From NCBI GenBank assembly GCA_964522525.1, contig CAZFWG010000014.1, forward strand, positions 2,492 to 59,920: DNA of 57,429 bases, given 5' to 3'. A program made the translations under genes and the position numbers. How positions within the stretch are numbered: position 1 is the first letter of the stretch; the number at the start of each line of letters is the position of its first letter. The notes beneath the pieces are model-generated. The model worked only from the letters and a program-made list of their open reading frames with translations. It ran no database searches and had not been told where the DNA came from. This document shows, one piece after another, positions 29,675-40,003 of the stretch. Source of the DNA: an uncultured Alphaproteobacteria bacterium (GTDB lineage Bacteria > Pseudomonadota > Alphaproteobacteria > JAJFIK01).

Positions 29675-30620
29675 AAAGTACGTATTTGGAGTGAGTGCTG
29701 TGGCCATGGCCCTTGCGTTCACAGGGCCCGCCGTCGCGGATGACAATGAATTCGAGGTGTTCGGACGCAAGTTCAACATGAGCGGCTCGCTCAGGGACGG
29801 CGGATTTGACCGCTATGTCCCCTCCGTTCTGAACCCCCTCTTCAATGAGACGCCCTTCATCACGTCGGAAGTTCGGGCGCTTTACGCCTATCACGATGTG
29901 CCGGATGATTTTGTCACGGGTGGCGGCACGATCCAGGTCGCAGCCGCACAGATCCGTGTGGCGTTCAGCGAACGGCTCGGCCTGATCGCGACTCAGGACG
30001 GCTACACGGATGTCGATTTTGAAGGAACGTTGACTGACGACGACGGCCCCAATGATATCGCCGCGGGCCTCAAATACGCGTTCCATTATGATCCGGAAGA
30101 CGGGGAAATCATCACCGGCGGCATCCGCTATACGGCCCCGGCCGGGAACATCTCCACCTTTCTGGGCCCCAGAGAAATCGAACTCAACGGGGTGGGCGCG
30201 GGCTTCATCAATGTCTTCGGAACGGGCGCGAAGATCTGGAATGACTTCCAGGCGCAAGGCTCCGTCGGGGTTCAGTATGCCCTCAACAACTCGAATTCGT
30301 CGTTCTTCCACGGCTCCACCTCGCTCTCCTATGAGCTGTTGCCGGGCTTCTATCCCATGATCGAGAGCAGCGTGTTCGTGCCCGTCAACGGGGGAGATCG
30401 GGTGACGACTCCCGGACTGACCCAACTGACCGGTGCGGAGTTCCTGGATGTCGGCGCGGATGATCCCCAGCTGATCACGACCGTCGGGGGCGGCTTCCGT
30501 CTGCGCCCGTTCAATTCCGACCACGTCATTCTGGGCGCCGCGGCGGAAGTGAACGTGACGAACCGTGAGGACACGGCCTATGGCTACCGGGTCGTCACCG
30601 ACCTGGTGCTCCATTTCTGA
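29667..30620 (+). CDS. Uncharacterised exported protein, probable outer-membrane beta-barrel
   Basis: GGAAGGA RBS; signal peptide ending AVA; alternating hydrophobic strands; C-terminal ..VVTDLVLHF beta-signal-like end. Confidence 0.75.
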   Translation: MIKKYVFGVSAVAMALAFTGPAVADDNEFEVFGRKFNMSGSLRDGGFDRYVPSVLNPLFNETPFITSEVRALYAYHDVPDDFVTGGGTIQVAAAQIRVAFSERLGLIATQDGYTDVDFEGTLTDDDGPNDIAAGLKYAFHYDPEDGEIITGGIRYTAPAGNISTFLGPREIELNGVGAGFINVFGTGAKIWNDFQAQGSVGVQYALNNSNSSFFHGSTSLSYELLPGFYPMIESSVFVPVNGGDRVTTPGLTQLTGAEFLDVGADDPQLITTVGGGFRLRPFNSDHVILGAAAEVNVTNREDTAYGYRVVTDLVLHF

Positions 30621-30658
30621 CGCACACGACTTTTTTGATCGACCAAAGGTCATCTTTG

Positions 30659-30689
30659 AACGGAAGGGGGTCGCCCCTTCCGTTTTTTT
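30659..30689 (+). terminator. Rho-independent terminator
   Basis: AACGGAAGGGG-gtcg-CCCCTTCCGTT followed by a T run. Confidence 0.88.
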
Positions 30690-30971
30690 GTCGCCGCGTG
30701 TGACCCGTGCGGACGGAACCATCTCCCGATATTTGAGCGGCGGTTAGGGTCAGATTGTCGAGATCAGTCCTTATACAAATGATGACGTGATGCATTTTCC
30801 CTAGGGCTCCATGCACCCGGCACAGGACGATCGGCCCGATCGGTGCTCCCAACCCGAACGGGCGCCCAACCCGAAAGCACACGTCTGCGGCGTTGTCTCG
30901 CCCACAGTTGATTGTTCCCTCATCCATGTCGTGAGACAGTCGGGGAAACGGTTTGAAGCCCGGAGGACGCC

Positions 30972-32108
30972 ATGCCCACCCTGCCCTATCTGACCACCAC
31001 CATTTTCGATTTCGGGGCCATTCAGAAACTGCCCCGGGCCTTGAAGGACCTGCACATTCATCGCCCGCTCCTGGTCACGGACAAGGGTCTGATGGCCATC
31101 GGCGTCGCCTCTCAGGTCCGCTCGGCCATGGGTGAGGACAAACCCGTTTTCATTTTCGACGGCACGCCGGAAAACCCCACGGAAGAGGCCGTGATCGAGG
31201 CGCTGACCCTCTACCGCGCCAATCGCTGTGACGGCGTCGTGGGCCTGGGCGGCGGATCCTCCATGGATCTGGGCCGCGCGGTGGCTTTCATGGCCACCAA
31301 TGACGTGGATCTGAGCACCATTCCGGCGCTGGACCGGGGCGCCTATGCCCCGACGGCGCCCTATATCGCGGTGCCGACCACCTCGGGCACGGGCAGCGAG
31401 GTCTCGAACGGCTTCGTGGTCATCACCAAGGACGGTCGCAAGCGCACCCTGGTGTCGCCCCGGTTCCTCGCCGGCCGGGCGGTTTGCGACCCGGAACTGA
31501 CCCTGGGTCTGCCCAAACACCTCACCGCCGCCACGGGCATGGACGCGGTGACCCATGGCATCGAGGCGATCCTCTCCCCGGCCGTGAACCCGCCGGCGGA
31601 AGCCATCGCGCTTGACGCCATCGAACGGGCCATCGCCATGGGCTATCTGGAGCGTGCCGTCACCGACGGCTCCGACCGGGAGGCGCGCTGGCACATGATG
31701 ATGGCCTCTACGGAAGCGGCGCTCGCCTTTTCCAAGGGCCTGGGATCGATCCACGCCATGGCCCATTCCGCCGGGCGTCTGAAGGATCTGCGCCTCCACC
31801 ACGGCACGCTCAATGCGGTGATCATGCCCGTGGTGCTGCGCTTCAACGCGGATCATGCCAAGGACAAATATGAGCGGATCCGCCACGCCCTGAGGCTCGG
31901 CCCCAGCGTGGACCTCGCGGACATGGTCGAGGACTTGAACGCCAAGCTGGGCCTGCCGAAAAATCTGGGGGAAATGGGTCTGACCACGGATCGCCTCCCG
32001 GATCTGGTGCCGGAAGCGCTGGATGATCTGGCCACGGCGACCAACCCGGTCAAACCGACGGCGGATGATTACGCGCGGCTGTTCGAGGAAGCGATCACGA
32101 AGGTTTAG
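30972..32108 (+). CDS. Iron-containing alcohol dehydrogenase
   Basis: LLVTDKG, ENP, GLGGGSSMD, PTTSGTGSE, GMDA.TH.IE, HAMAH, HHG.LN. Confidence 0.93.
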   Translation: MPTLPYLTTTIFDFGAIQKLPRALKDLHIHRPLLVTDKGLMAIGVASQVRSAMGEDKPVFIFDGTPENPTEEAVIEALTLYRANRCDGVVGLGGGSSMDLGRAVAFMATNDVDLSTIPALDRGAYAPTAPYIAVPTTSGTGSEVSNGFVVITKDGRKRTLVSPRFLAGRAVCDPELTLGLPKHLTAATGMDAVTHGIEAILSPAVNPPAEAIALDAIERAIAMGYLERAVTDGSDREARWHMMMASTEAALAFSKGLGSIHAMAHSAGRLKDLRLHHGTLNAVIMPVVLRFNADHAKDKYERIRHALRLGPSVDLADMVEDLNAKLGLPKNLGEMGLTTDRLPDLVPEALDDLATATNPVKPTADDYARLFEEAITKV

Positions 32109-32751
32109 ACTGGGGATCCGCGGAGCGCCCGCCCCGAAGGCCCGCCACGAAATCCGTGAGACCGATCTGCCGGGTGCGGCGCAGGCGCTCGGCCGCCAGA
32201 ATGGCTTGCACCTCGCCCAGGGCCTGGGTGCGGTCGCGGTTGATGATCACATAGTCATATTCCGCCCAGTGACTCATCTCGTCGCCCGCCTTGGCCATGC
32301 GCCGGGCGACGACCTCATCGCTGTCCTGGGCCCGGGTCCGCAGACGGTTTTCCAGTTCCCCCGTCGACGGGGGCAGAATGAACACGCGAACCAGATCATT
32401 GAGGGCGTTTTTCTCAAGCTGCTGCGCGCCCTGCCAGTCGATGTCGAACAGGACGTCCCGGCCATGGGCAAGGGCCGCTTCCACGGGCGCACGCGGCGTA
32501 CCATAGCGGTTGCCGAACACTTCCGCATGCTCCAGCAGCGCGGACGCGGCAACCATGGCCTCGAACTCAGCCATCGTCTTGAAGTGATAATCCTGGCCGT
32601 CGATCTCGCCCGGCCGGGGCGGGCGCGTGGTCACACTTACGGACAGGTCGATGCGATCGTCCGCCTCCAGAAGGCCCCGCGCCAGGGTGGACTTTCCAGC
32701 GCCGGAGGGCGAAGACAAGACGAACATCATGCCGCGCCGCTCAATGGCCAT
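32095..32751 (-). CDS. gmk: Guanylate kinase
   Basis: SSPSGAGKST, S.TTR.PRPGE.DG.DYHF, DIDWQGA, EYDYVIIN. Confidence 0.97.
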   Translation of the reverse strand: MAIERRGMMFVLSSPSGAGKSTLARGLLEADDRIDLSVSVTTRPPRPGEIDGQDYHFKTMAEFEAMVAASALLEHAEVFGNRYGTPRAPVEAALAHGRDVLFDIDWQGAQQLEKNALNDLVRVFILPPSTGELENRLRTRAQDSDEVVARRMAKAGDEMSHWAEYDYVIINRDRTQALGEVQAILAAERLRRTRQIGLTDFVAGLRGGRSADPQSKPS

Positions 32752-32850
32752 GGATCGGTCTCCTGCTGAGGAACGGGGGTGATGGGGCGCCGCGTGCCCT
32801 TCCCGTCCCCGTCTTGCGGTTTCGACGCGACGAGCTTGGCCGATTCGAGG

Positions 32851-33741
32851 CTATTCGACGTTCTGGATCTGCTCGCGCATCTGATCGATGACCACTTTCA
32901 GCTCCAGACCGGTCCGCGTCAGGCCAATCTCATTGGATTTGGAACATAAAGTGTTGGCTTCCCGGTTAAATTCCTGGATCAGGAAGTCGAACCGGCGGCC
33001 CACCGCCTCGCCGGCGCCCAGAAGCTCCCGGGCGGCCTCCAAATGGGCGCGCAGGCGATCCAGCTCTTCGCGGATATCCGCCTTGGTCATCAGGATTGCC
33101 GCTTCCTGATAGAGGCGCTCCTCGGAAAGCGCCTGGTCCTGGCCCAGGGCCGCAAGTTGACCGCGCAACCGCTCACGCAAGCGTTCCGGCTGGCTCGCCG
33201 CGTGGCCGGCGGCCGCGTCAATGAGACCCGCGATCTGATCCAACTGGTCCGCGATCACGGCGCCGAGGGCTTCGCCCTCCCGCGCCCGTGCCGAGGCGAA
33301 GGCCTCGATCAGATCATCGAAACTGCCGAGAATGGCCGTGCGTCGGGCCTCGAGTTCCTCGTCGCTTTCCTTGGGGTCCTGAAGATCGAGGACGCCGCGA
33401 ATATTCAGAAGGCCGTCGAGCCGGGCGGGTTCGATCCCTTTGACACGACCCTCCAACATGGCCATGGCATCGAGCACCTGGGCCAGCGCCTGTTCATTGA
33501 TCTGAAGGGTCGCGGCGCCTTCCGTACGGGTCATTTGCAGATTGACCTGGACATTGCCGCGCTTGAACCGTTCATTGATCCGCTTACGCACGAGCGGTTC
33601 GAGGGAATCAAGGCCCGAGGGCAGGCGCAGCCGCATGTCGAGCCCGCGTCCGTTCACGCTCTTGGCTTCCCAGGCCCAGTGATAAGCGCCGAAACTGCCT
33701 TCGACCCGGGCAAATCCGGTCATGCTGTTGAGCGAGGACAC
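32851..33741 (-). CDS. YicC/YloC family endoribonuclease
   Basis: SMTGFAR, SVNGRGLD, KADIREELDRL..H, GRR.DFL.QEFNREANTLCSKS, DQMREQ.QNVE; GTG start inferred. Confidence 0.93.
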   Translation of the reverse strand: MSSLNSMTGFARVEGSFGAYHWAWEAKSVNGRGLDMRLRLPSGLDSLEPLVRKRINERFKRGNVQVNLQMTRTEGAATLQINEQALAQVLDAMAMLEGRVKGIEPARLDGLLNIRGVLDLQDPKESDEELEARRTAILGSFDDLIEAFASARAREGEALGAVIADQLDQIAGLIDAAAGHAASQPERLRERLRGQLAALGQDQALSEERLYQEAAILMTKADIREELDRLRAHLEAARELLGAGEAVGRRFDFLIQEFNREANTLCSKSNEIGLTRTGLELKVVIDQMREQIQNVE

Positions 33742-33803
33742 AGGCGTCTTGCCACTCCCCTGACGATCGGTTGCCAAACGGGCCTCAGGCATGTCCATGG
33801 TCA

Positions 33804-34808
33804 TCAGCGCAGGCCTCTTTCCCGTTGAACCCTTCGCCACTGGCGCACATTGCTCTCGTGCTCCCGTAGGCTCTTGGCGAAGGCATGACCGCCGCTGCCG
33901 TCGGCCACGAAATAAAGATAGTCCGTTTGCGGTGGATTGAGCACCGCGGCCAGCGCATCCCGCCCCGGATTGGCAATCGGCGTCGGCGGCAGGCCCGCAT
34001 GGACATAGGTGTTGTAGGGGTTGTCCGCGTCGAGTTCGCTGCGCCGGATGCGCCGCCCGAGCGGCCGGCCCTTTGTGATCGCATAGATCACGGTGGGGTC
34101 GGATTGGAGCCGCATGCCCCGGCGCAATCGGTTGACGAAGACGGACGCGACAAGCGGTCGTTCCTCCGCGACCCCCGTTTCCTTTTCGACAATGGAGGCG
34201 AGCGTCACCGCCTCATAGGCGCTCTCCAGGGGCAGATCCGGCGCCCGGTCCTCCCAAAGCTGGGCTAGAACCGCTTCCTTGTCCTCGCGCATGCGCTCAA
34301 GAAGCTCCGAACGCGTGGTCCCGCGCTGGAACAGGTAGGTTTCCGGCAGCAGGAACCCTTCTTCGGGCCAGGTCTCGATCTCGCCGACCAGGATCTCATC
34401 GGCCATCAACAAATCGACCACCTGGGCGACCGACAGGCCCTCGGCCACCGTCAGTTTGTGGAGGATGGATCGCCCGTCGACCAGAATATCGAGGATGTCG
34501 AGCATGCTCGCGCCGGAGGGAATGGCGTATTCACCGGCCTTCAGCTTACTGCCCCGGCCCATCAACCGCACACCGATGGCAAAGATCCGCGCATCCTCGA
34601 TCACGCCTGCCGTTTCGAGACGGCGGGCTATGGCCTGAAGGCCGAGCCCCCGATCGAGCAGGACCGTGGTCTCGGCCGCGCCATCGGCGGCCACCGGTCC
34701 CGTCTTTTCGAAATAGTGCTTGCCGACGAGATAAACGCCGGCAATGCCGGCGACGGCCAGAAAGGCGATCAGCGCCGATGAGACAAAAAGGATCCGCAGT
34801 AGACGCAT
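33804..34808 (-). CDS. mltG: Endolytic transglycosylase MltG
   Basis: LKAGEY, EG.LLPETY, LASIVEKET, NRL..GM.LQSDPT, YNTY...GLPP.PIANPG, YLYFVA. Confidence 0.95.
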   Translation of the reverse strand: MRLLRILFVSSALIAFLAVAGIAGVYLVGKHYFEKTGPVAADGAAETTVLLDRGLGLQAIARRLETAGVIEDARIFAIGVRLMGRGSKLKAGEYAIPSGASMLDILDILVDGRSILHKLTVAEGLSVAQVVDLLMADEILVGEIETWPEEGFLLPETYLFQRGTTRSELLERMREDKEAVLAQLWEDRAPDLPLESAYEAVTLASIVEKETGVAEERPLVASVFVNRLRRGMRLQSDPTVIYAITKGRPLGRRIRRSELDADNPYNTYVHAGLPPTPIANPGRDALAAVLNPPQTDYLYFVADGSGGHAFAKSLREHESNVRQWRRVQRERGLR

Positions 34809-34890
34809 GACGCTCCTCTCGCTATCCCCCGGAGGATATGAGATGGGGCGCAGTGAGCCCCCGGCTTGACCCACGGCGCACCGGGGTCCG

Positions 34891-36174
34891 TCACGCCTCC
34901 GGATGCACCATCACCAGTGTAGCGTTAGTCCCGCCGAAACCGAAGGAGTTGGAGAGAACCGCTCGGATCTCGCGTTTCTTGGGCGTCAGGGGCACCAGAT
35001 CAAGCGCCGTTTCCACGGAAGGGTTCTCGAGATTGAGCGTCGCGGGCACCGTCCCGTCCCGAAGGGCCAGGATGCAGAAGATCGCCTCCACGGCCCCGGC
35101 CGCGCCCAGCAGATGGCCGATCGAGGACTTGGTCGACGACATCGACATGTTGGCGGCGGCATTGCCGAACAGACGCTCCACCGCGCGGACTTCGATCTCA
35201 TCGCCCTTGGGCGTCGACGTACCGTGAGCATTGACATACTGAATGTCACCGGGCGTCAGATTGGCCCGCTGCAGCGCCATGCGCATGGACCGGTACCCGC
35301 CGTCGCCATCCTCCGCCGGCGCCGTAATGTGATAGGCATCGCCCGAAAGCCCATAGCCCACGACCTCGGCATAGATCTTGGCGCCCCGGGCCAGCGCGTG
35401 CTCCCGTTCCTCCAGGATGACCACGCCCGCGCCTTCACCCATCACGAACCCGTCGCGGTCCTTGTCATAGGGGCGCGAGGCGCGCTCGGGCGTGTCGTTG
35501 AAATTCGTCGAGAGCGCGCGCGATGCGGCAAAACCGGCAATCCCTAGGGGGCTGATGGCCGCTTCCGCGCCGCCGGCCACCATCACATCCGCATCATCCA
35601 GGGCGATCAGCCGGGCCGCGTCCCCGATGGCATGGGCGCCGGTGGAACAGGCGGTCACCACGGCATGATTGGGGCCCTTATAGCCGAAACGGATCGAGAC
35701 CTGTCCGGACAGGAGATTGATCAGGGCACTGGGAATGAAGAAGGGGCTGACCTTGCGTGGCCCCTTGTTGTGGAGCGTCAGGGTCGTGTCCTCGATGGTC
35801 GGCAGTCCGCCGATACCCGAACCGATCAACACACCCGTCCGGCAGGCCGCTTCCTCATCGGCCGGTTTCCAGCCGGAATCATCAACCGCCTGTTGGGCGG
35901 CGGCGAGGCCGTAAATGATGAAGTCGTCGAGACGCCGCTGATCCTTCGGATCGACCCATTGATCCGGATTGAACGTTTCTTCCGATCCGTCGCCCCGCTT
36001 CAGCTGGCACGCAACGCGGCAGGGCAGAAGGGCGGGATCGAAATCATCGAATTTTTGATATTTCTCGATGCGCCGGGCGCCGGATTTTCCGGCGAGCAAG
36101 CGCGCCCACGTCGTTTCGACACCGGTGCCAAGAGGCGTGACAAGACCCAGACCCGTTACAACGACACGACGCAT
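34891..36174 (-). CDS. fabF: 3-oxoacyl-ACP synthase II
   Basis: MRRVVVTGLG, GPNHAVVTACSTGAH, DGFVMGEGAG, NAHGTST, GHLLGAAG, SNSFGFGGTN. Confidence 0.97.
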   Translation of the reverse strand: MRRVVVTGLGLVTPLGTGVETTWARLLAGKSGARRIEKYQKFDDFDPALLPCRVACQLKRGDGSEETFNPDQWVDPKDQRRLDDFIIYGLAAAQQAVDDSGWKPADEEAACRTGVLIGSGIGGLPTIEDTTLTLHNKGPRKVSPFFIPSALINLLSGQVSIRFGYKGPNHAVVTACSTGAHAIGDAARLIALDDADVMVAGGAEAAISPLGIAGFAASRALSTNFNDTPERASRPYDKDRDGFVMGEGAGVVILEEREHALARGAKIYAEVVGYGLSGDAYHITAPAEDGDGGYRSMRMALQRANLTPGDIQYVNAHGTSTPKGDEIEVRAVERLFGNAAANMSMSSTKSSIGHLLGAAGAVEAIFCILALRDGTVPATLNLENPSVETALDLVPLTPKKREIRAVLSNSFGFGGTNATLVMVHPEA

Positions 36175-36322
36175 GGTGATTCCCTTTACTCGACGGTTCC
36201 TGAAATCGGCATGGAGCGCCGACAAATACCGTGTGCTCGCCGCATGATCGGGACCGCATGATCGGGCCGCTGGATCGCGGCCCCCTCGTTTCCGTGAAGA
36301 GCGGAACGACGATGGCGGTTTG

Positions 36323-36352
36323 TTTTGGTGCCGCAGGGAAACGACACCAAAA
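36323..36352 (-). terminator. Hairpin downstream of acpP (terminator or mRNA stabiliser)
   Basis: TTTTGGTGCCG...CGACACCAAAA inverted repeat. Confidence 0.5.
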
Positions 36353-36410
36353 TCCGGAGATCGGCATGACGTCGTTGAACGTCATCACCCTGATCAAACG
36401 GACCGGTAAA

Positions 36411-36659
36411 TCAGGACGCTTTGCTGTTTTCGCCTTTGAGGAACTTGATCGCGTCCCCGACGGTCTGAATGGTCTCGGCCGCATCATCGGGAATCTCGAC
36501 GCCGAATTCCTCTTCGAAGGCCATGACCAGTTCAACGGTATCCAGGCTGTCCGCGCCCAGATCGTCGATAAAGCTGGCCGTATCAACGACCTTTTCGCCC
36601 TCTACGCCCAAGTGCTCGACAACGATCTTTTTTACGCGTTCGGCAATATCAGTCGTCAT
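36411..36659 (-). CDS. acpP: Acyl carrier protein
   Basis: [20 protein letters not shown]. Confidence 0.98.
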   Translation of the reverse strand: MTTDIAERVKKIVVEHLGVEGEKVVDTASFIDDLGADSLDTVELVMAFEEEFGVEIPDDAAETIQTVGDAIKFLKGENSKAS

Positions 36660-36947
36660 TGTCTTGATTCCTCAGCTTGACCACACGAATGCCAGAGTGG
36701 CTTTCGCTCACTCGCTACCTTAACCAGCCCCGGCTCTTTGTTGCGAACCCATTGTGACGACGGGACCACCCGCCTCCGGCGGGCCGCCAAGTCCTTCCCC
36801 AATGTGTCCAAGGGCAACCGGGCTTTCTTTCGGGGAAATCCGCGCATCCTGGCGCTTTTCCCGCAAGTCCGGCCGCTACCTATCACACTCTCGACCCGCA
36901 AACCAGCGCGGTCCAGGTCGGGATGTAACCATGCCCCCCAATTTTGA

Positions 36948-37685
36948 TCAGATCATAGCCATCCCGCCATTCACATGGAGGGTCTGACCCGTCACATAGG
37001 CAGCTTCGTCACTCGCCACATAAACCACTGCGGCGGCAATGTCATCCGGCGAACCCATGCGGCCAGCGGGGATCATGGTGTTGATGCGCTCTTTCTGGCT
37101 GTCGTCGAGGGCGCCCGTCATGGCGGTCTCAATGAAACCCGGCGCCACGCAATTGACGGTCACGTTGCGGCTGGCCACTTCCTGGGCCAGCGCCTTCGAC
37201 ATGCCGATCAGGCCGGCCTTCGAGGCGGCATAGTTGCCCTGGCCGGGATTGCCGGTCACGCCAACCACCGAGGTGATGGAGATGATGCGGCCCCAACGGC
37301 GCTTCATCATGCCCCGCAGGCTGGCGCGCATGAGCTGAAAACTGGCGGAAAGATTGACGGCCAGGACCTCGTCCCACTCCTCATCCTTCATGCGCATGAA
37401 AAGATTGTCCCGGGTGATCCCGGCATTGGCGACCAGAATATCAAGGCCGCCGAGCGCCTCTTCCGCGCGGCCCGGCAAGGCCGCGACGGTGGTCCGATCC
37501 GCCAGATTGCAGGTCAGACAATGGCTGCGATCGCCCAGTTCCTGGCGCAGGGCCTCGAGGGCCTCGGCGCGGGTTCCCGAAAGGGCCACATCGGCTCCCT
37601 GGCGATGGAGCGCATGGGCGATCGCTCCCCCGATGCCGCCGGACGCGCCCGTCACCAGGGCTTTCTTGCCGGTCAGATCAAACAT
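36948..37685 (-). CDS. fabG: 3-oxoacyl-ACP reductase
   Basis: VTGASGGIG, NAGITRDNL..RM, GNPGQ.NYAASK, GQTLHVNGGM. Confidence 0.96.
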   Translation of the reverse strand: MFDLTGKKALVTGASGGIGGAIAHALHRQGADVALSGTRAEALEALRQELGDRSHCLTCNLADRTTVAALPGRAEEALGGLDILVANAGITRDNLFMRMKDEEWDEVLAVNLSASFQLMRASLRGMMKRRWGRIISITSVVGVTGNPGQGNYAASKAGLIGMSKALAQEVASRNVTVNCVAPGFIETAMTGALDDSQKERINTMIPAGRMGSPDDIAAAVVYVASDEAAYVTGQTLHVNGGMAMI

Positions 37686-37721
37686 GCGCTTCCCTCCTCC
37701 CCGTGGCCGTCCGCCCCCCAT

Positions 37722-38669
37722 TCACAGGGTTGCGGCAAAGGCCTCGATATCGGCCGGCGTTTCGACCACGGTTGTCTTCAAATCCCGATGAATGCGCTTG
37801 TGCATGCCGGTGAGGATTTTGCCCACACCGGCCTCGACGACCTCTTCGACGCCGTTTTCAACCATATAAGTGATCGATTCACGCCAACGCACGCGCGCCG
37901 TGATTTGGTCGACCAAAAGTGTCCGGATCGTGTCCGGATCGCCGACCGCCTCCGCCGTCACATTGGCCACGATGGGCACGATCGGCGCGCCGAAACGGAT
38001 GTCCGCAAGCGCCCCGGCCATGGCCTCGGCCGCCGGCCGCATCAAAACGCAGTGAAATGGCGCGCTGACCGGTAGCAGAACACCCTTCTTGGCCCCGGCC
38101 GCCTTGGCCCGATCCACGGCCGCCTCAATGGCGGCCTTGTGGCCGGAGATCACGACCTGGCCCGGCGCGTTGTCATTGGCGATGGCACATACGGCGTCCG
38201 GATCCTCGGTCTTGGGGATGACGGTCTCGGCGACGGTCTCGATATCGATGGCCAGAAGGGCGGCCATGGCCCCATCGCCGACGGGCACCGCGTCCTGCAT
38301 CGCCCGTCCGCGGGTGCGCAACAGCCGCGCGGTATCGGCTACGGACAGCGCCCCGGCGACCGCAAGCGCCGAATATTCGCCAAGCGAATGGCCCGCCAGA
38401 AATTTGCTTTGGCTAGCCAGATCCAAGCCGACTTCGCGCGCCAGGACACGCATCACCGCCACACTCGTGGCCATCAGGGCCGGCTGGGCATTTTCGGTCA
38501 GGGTGAGATCCGCTTCCGGTCCTTCCCACATCACGCGGCTCAGCCGGCTCTCGAGGGCGTCGTCGACTTCCTCGAAAACCTCGCGGGCGGCCGGAAAGGC
38601 CTCCGCCAAGGCCTGGCCCATGCCCACGCTCTGCGAACCCTGGCCGGGAAATGTGAAGGCACGTGCCAT
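37722..38669 (-). CDS. fabD: Malonyl-CoA:ACP transacylase
   Basis: FPGQGSQ, NAQPAL, GHSLGEY, VSAPFHC.LM. Confidence 0.97.
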   Translation of the reverse strand: MARAFTFPGQGSQSVGMGQALAEAFPAAREVFEEVDDALESRLSRVMWEGPEADLTLTENAQPALMATSVAVMRVLAREVGLDLASQSKFLAGHSLGEYSALAVAGALSVADTARLLRTRGRAMQDAVPVGDGAMAALLAIDIETVAETVIPKTEDPDAVCAIANDNAPGQVVISGHKAAIEAAVDRAKAAGAKKGVLLPVSAPFHCVLMRPAAEAMAGALADIRFGAPIVPIVANVTAEAVGDPDTIRTLLVDQITARVRWRESITYMVENGVEEVVEAGVGKILTGMHKRIHRDLKTTVVETPADIEAFAATL

Positions 38670-38955
38670 GGACGCGATCCCTCCTGCCCTGAAGCGGCCC
38701 GGACCGTCCGGGCGGAAATGCGCGAGGGTGTCGCCGAAATCGTCAGGTCCTGTCAAGCCATCGGCCCGAAAGAAATCCGAATACCCTCGCGGCAGGTCTT
38801 GCGCAGGCGGACAAGCCCGCTATAGTTCCCGACTTCTTCTGGCACGCTGGAAGAACCGGAACCCAGGTGGTCCGGGCAACAATTCCGTCGATGACGCCTT
38901 GGTCTATCGGCCTTGGGCAGACGGCAATTGTCTTGAACGTTTTTTGCGACAAACC

Positions 38956-39045
38956 GTTCCTTGCCGCCCGCGATCCATCGGCCCGGCCCCAAAAGGGCTC
39001 GGTCCGCCACCTCGGTCGTCCACCCGTCAACGATCAACAAGGAAT
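38956..39045 (+). promoter_or_regulatory. Probable S6:S18 autoregulatory leader RNA
   Basis: GTTCCTTG (38956-38963) followed by CCG can pair with CAAGGAAT (39038-39045), which holds the rpsF SD; same layout as the known S6:S18 leader. Confidence 0.65.
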
Positions 39046-39054
39046 GCTGTCGCA

Positions 39055-39561
39055 ATGGCACTTTACGAACACGTCTATATCGCGAGGCAGGACGTCTCGC
39101 AGCAACAGGTCGATCAGATCACGGCGCAGATGCGCGGGGTGATCGAGGAACAGGGCGGCACCGTCGCCAAGACCGAATATTGGGGCCTTCGCAACCTCGC
39201 CTACAAGGTGCGGAAAAACCGCAAAGGTCACTATGTCCTCCTCAATCTCGATGCGCCCCATGGCGCCGTCGCCGAGATGGAACGCCAGATGCGTTTCCAT
39301 GAGGACGTCATCCGCTTCATGACCACCCGGGTCGACGAACACGAGACCGGTCCCTCGGCCGTACTCCAGAACCGGGGCGGCGGCCGGGACGATCGCCGTC
39401 GGGGCGACCGGGGAGATCGTGGCGGCCGCGGAGATCGCGGCGACAGAGGCGATCGCGGAGACCGTGGTGATCGCGGCGACAGAGGCGATCGGGGGGGTGA
39501 CCGGGGCGGAGACCGTCCGCCGCGCCCGCCCCGCGAAGAGGCCGGCGAAGCCCAGAGCTGA
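39055..39561 (+). CDS. rpsF: 30S ribosomal protein S6 with (GDR)n tail
   Basis: MALYEH..IARQD, EYWGLR.LAY...KNRKGHY, EDVIRF.T. Confidence 0.97.
   Translation: MALYEHVYIARQDVSQQQVDQITAQMRGVIEEQGGTVAKTEYWGLRNLAYKVRKNRKGHYVLLNLDAPHGAVAEMERQMRFHEDVIRFMTTRVDEHETGPSAVLQNRGGGRDDRRRGDRGDRGGRGDRGDRGDRGDRGDRGDRGDRGGDRGGDRPPRPPREEAGEAQS
39400..39515 (+). repeat. Imperfect 9-bp tandem repeat encoding Gly-Asp-Arg in rpsF
   Basis: GGCGACCGG/GGAGATCGT/GGCGACAGA-type units translating RGDRGDRG... Confidence 0.85.
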
Positions 39562-39674
39562 TCCCTTCTCGTTATTCGAGAGACACGGCATTCAAGACAC
39601 AAGGCGAAGCGTGGCACCTGGCCAGAACTGGCCTGCGGACCCGCTCAATGCCCGTTCAACAGGACTGAACAGAC

Positions 39675-39929
39675 ATGGCTGATGCAAAAATTCCCCAAGT
39701 GCCCGTCCGGCGCCCTTTCTTCCGCCGGCGCAAATCCTGCCCGTTTTCGGGCCCCGGCGCCCCGACCATCGATTGGAAGGACACACGGCTTCTGCAGCGT
39801 TTCCTGTCCGAGCGGGGCAAGATCGTGCCGAGCCGGATCACAGCCGTTTCAGCGAAAAAGCAGCGGGAGCTGGCGCGCGCCATAAAGCGGGCCCGGTTCA
39901 TGGCTCTTCTCCCTTATGTGGGTGATTGA
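39675..39929 (+). CDS. rpsR: 30S ribosomal protein S18
   Basis: [36 protein letters not shown]...LLPY. Confidence 0.98.
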   Translation: MADAKIPQVPVRRPFFRRRKSCPFSGPGAPTIDWKDTRLLQRFLSERGKIVPSRITAVSAKKQRELARAIKRARFMALLPYVGD

Positions 39930-40003
39930 CGACCCGGATGGGCAGTGTTCGCGGGGGCTGAAAAATGCCCCTTGCGCCTAGGGGTGAATGTGGAGCGCGA
40001 CAG

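Noticed and set aside
10800-36270. Short two-copy tandem repeats (CTTCTTGGCCAT near 10800, CTTGGTTTGCGGG near 25780, CCGCATGATCGGG near 36240)
   Set aside because: Only two copies each and unrelated to one another; most likely slippage duplications.
38089-39054. Long N-terminal extensions of ORFs such as rpsF (from 38089), rplI (from 39988) and lptD (from 22960)
   Set aside because: Artefacts of taking the first possible start; family N-termini and RBS or overlap patterns place the starts at 39055, 41074 and 23296.
39400-39515. CRISPR-like or integrin-binding RGD interpretation of the rpsF repeats
   Set aside because: Coding 9-bp low-complexity repeat with no spacers, in a cytoplasmic ribosomal protein.
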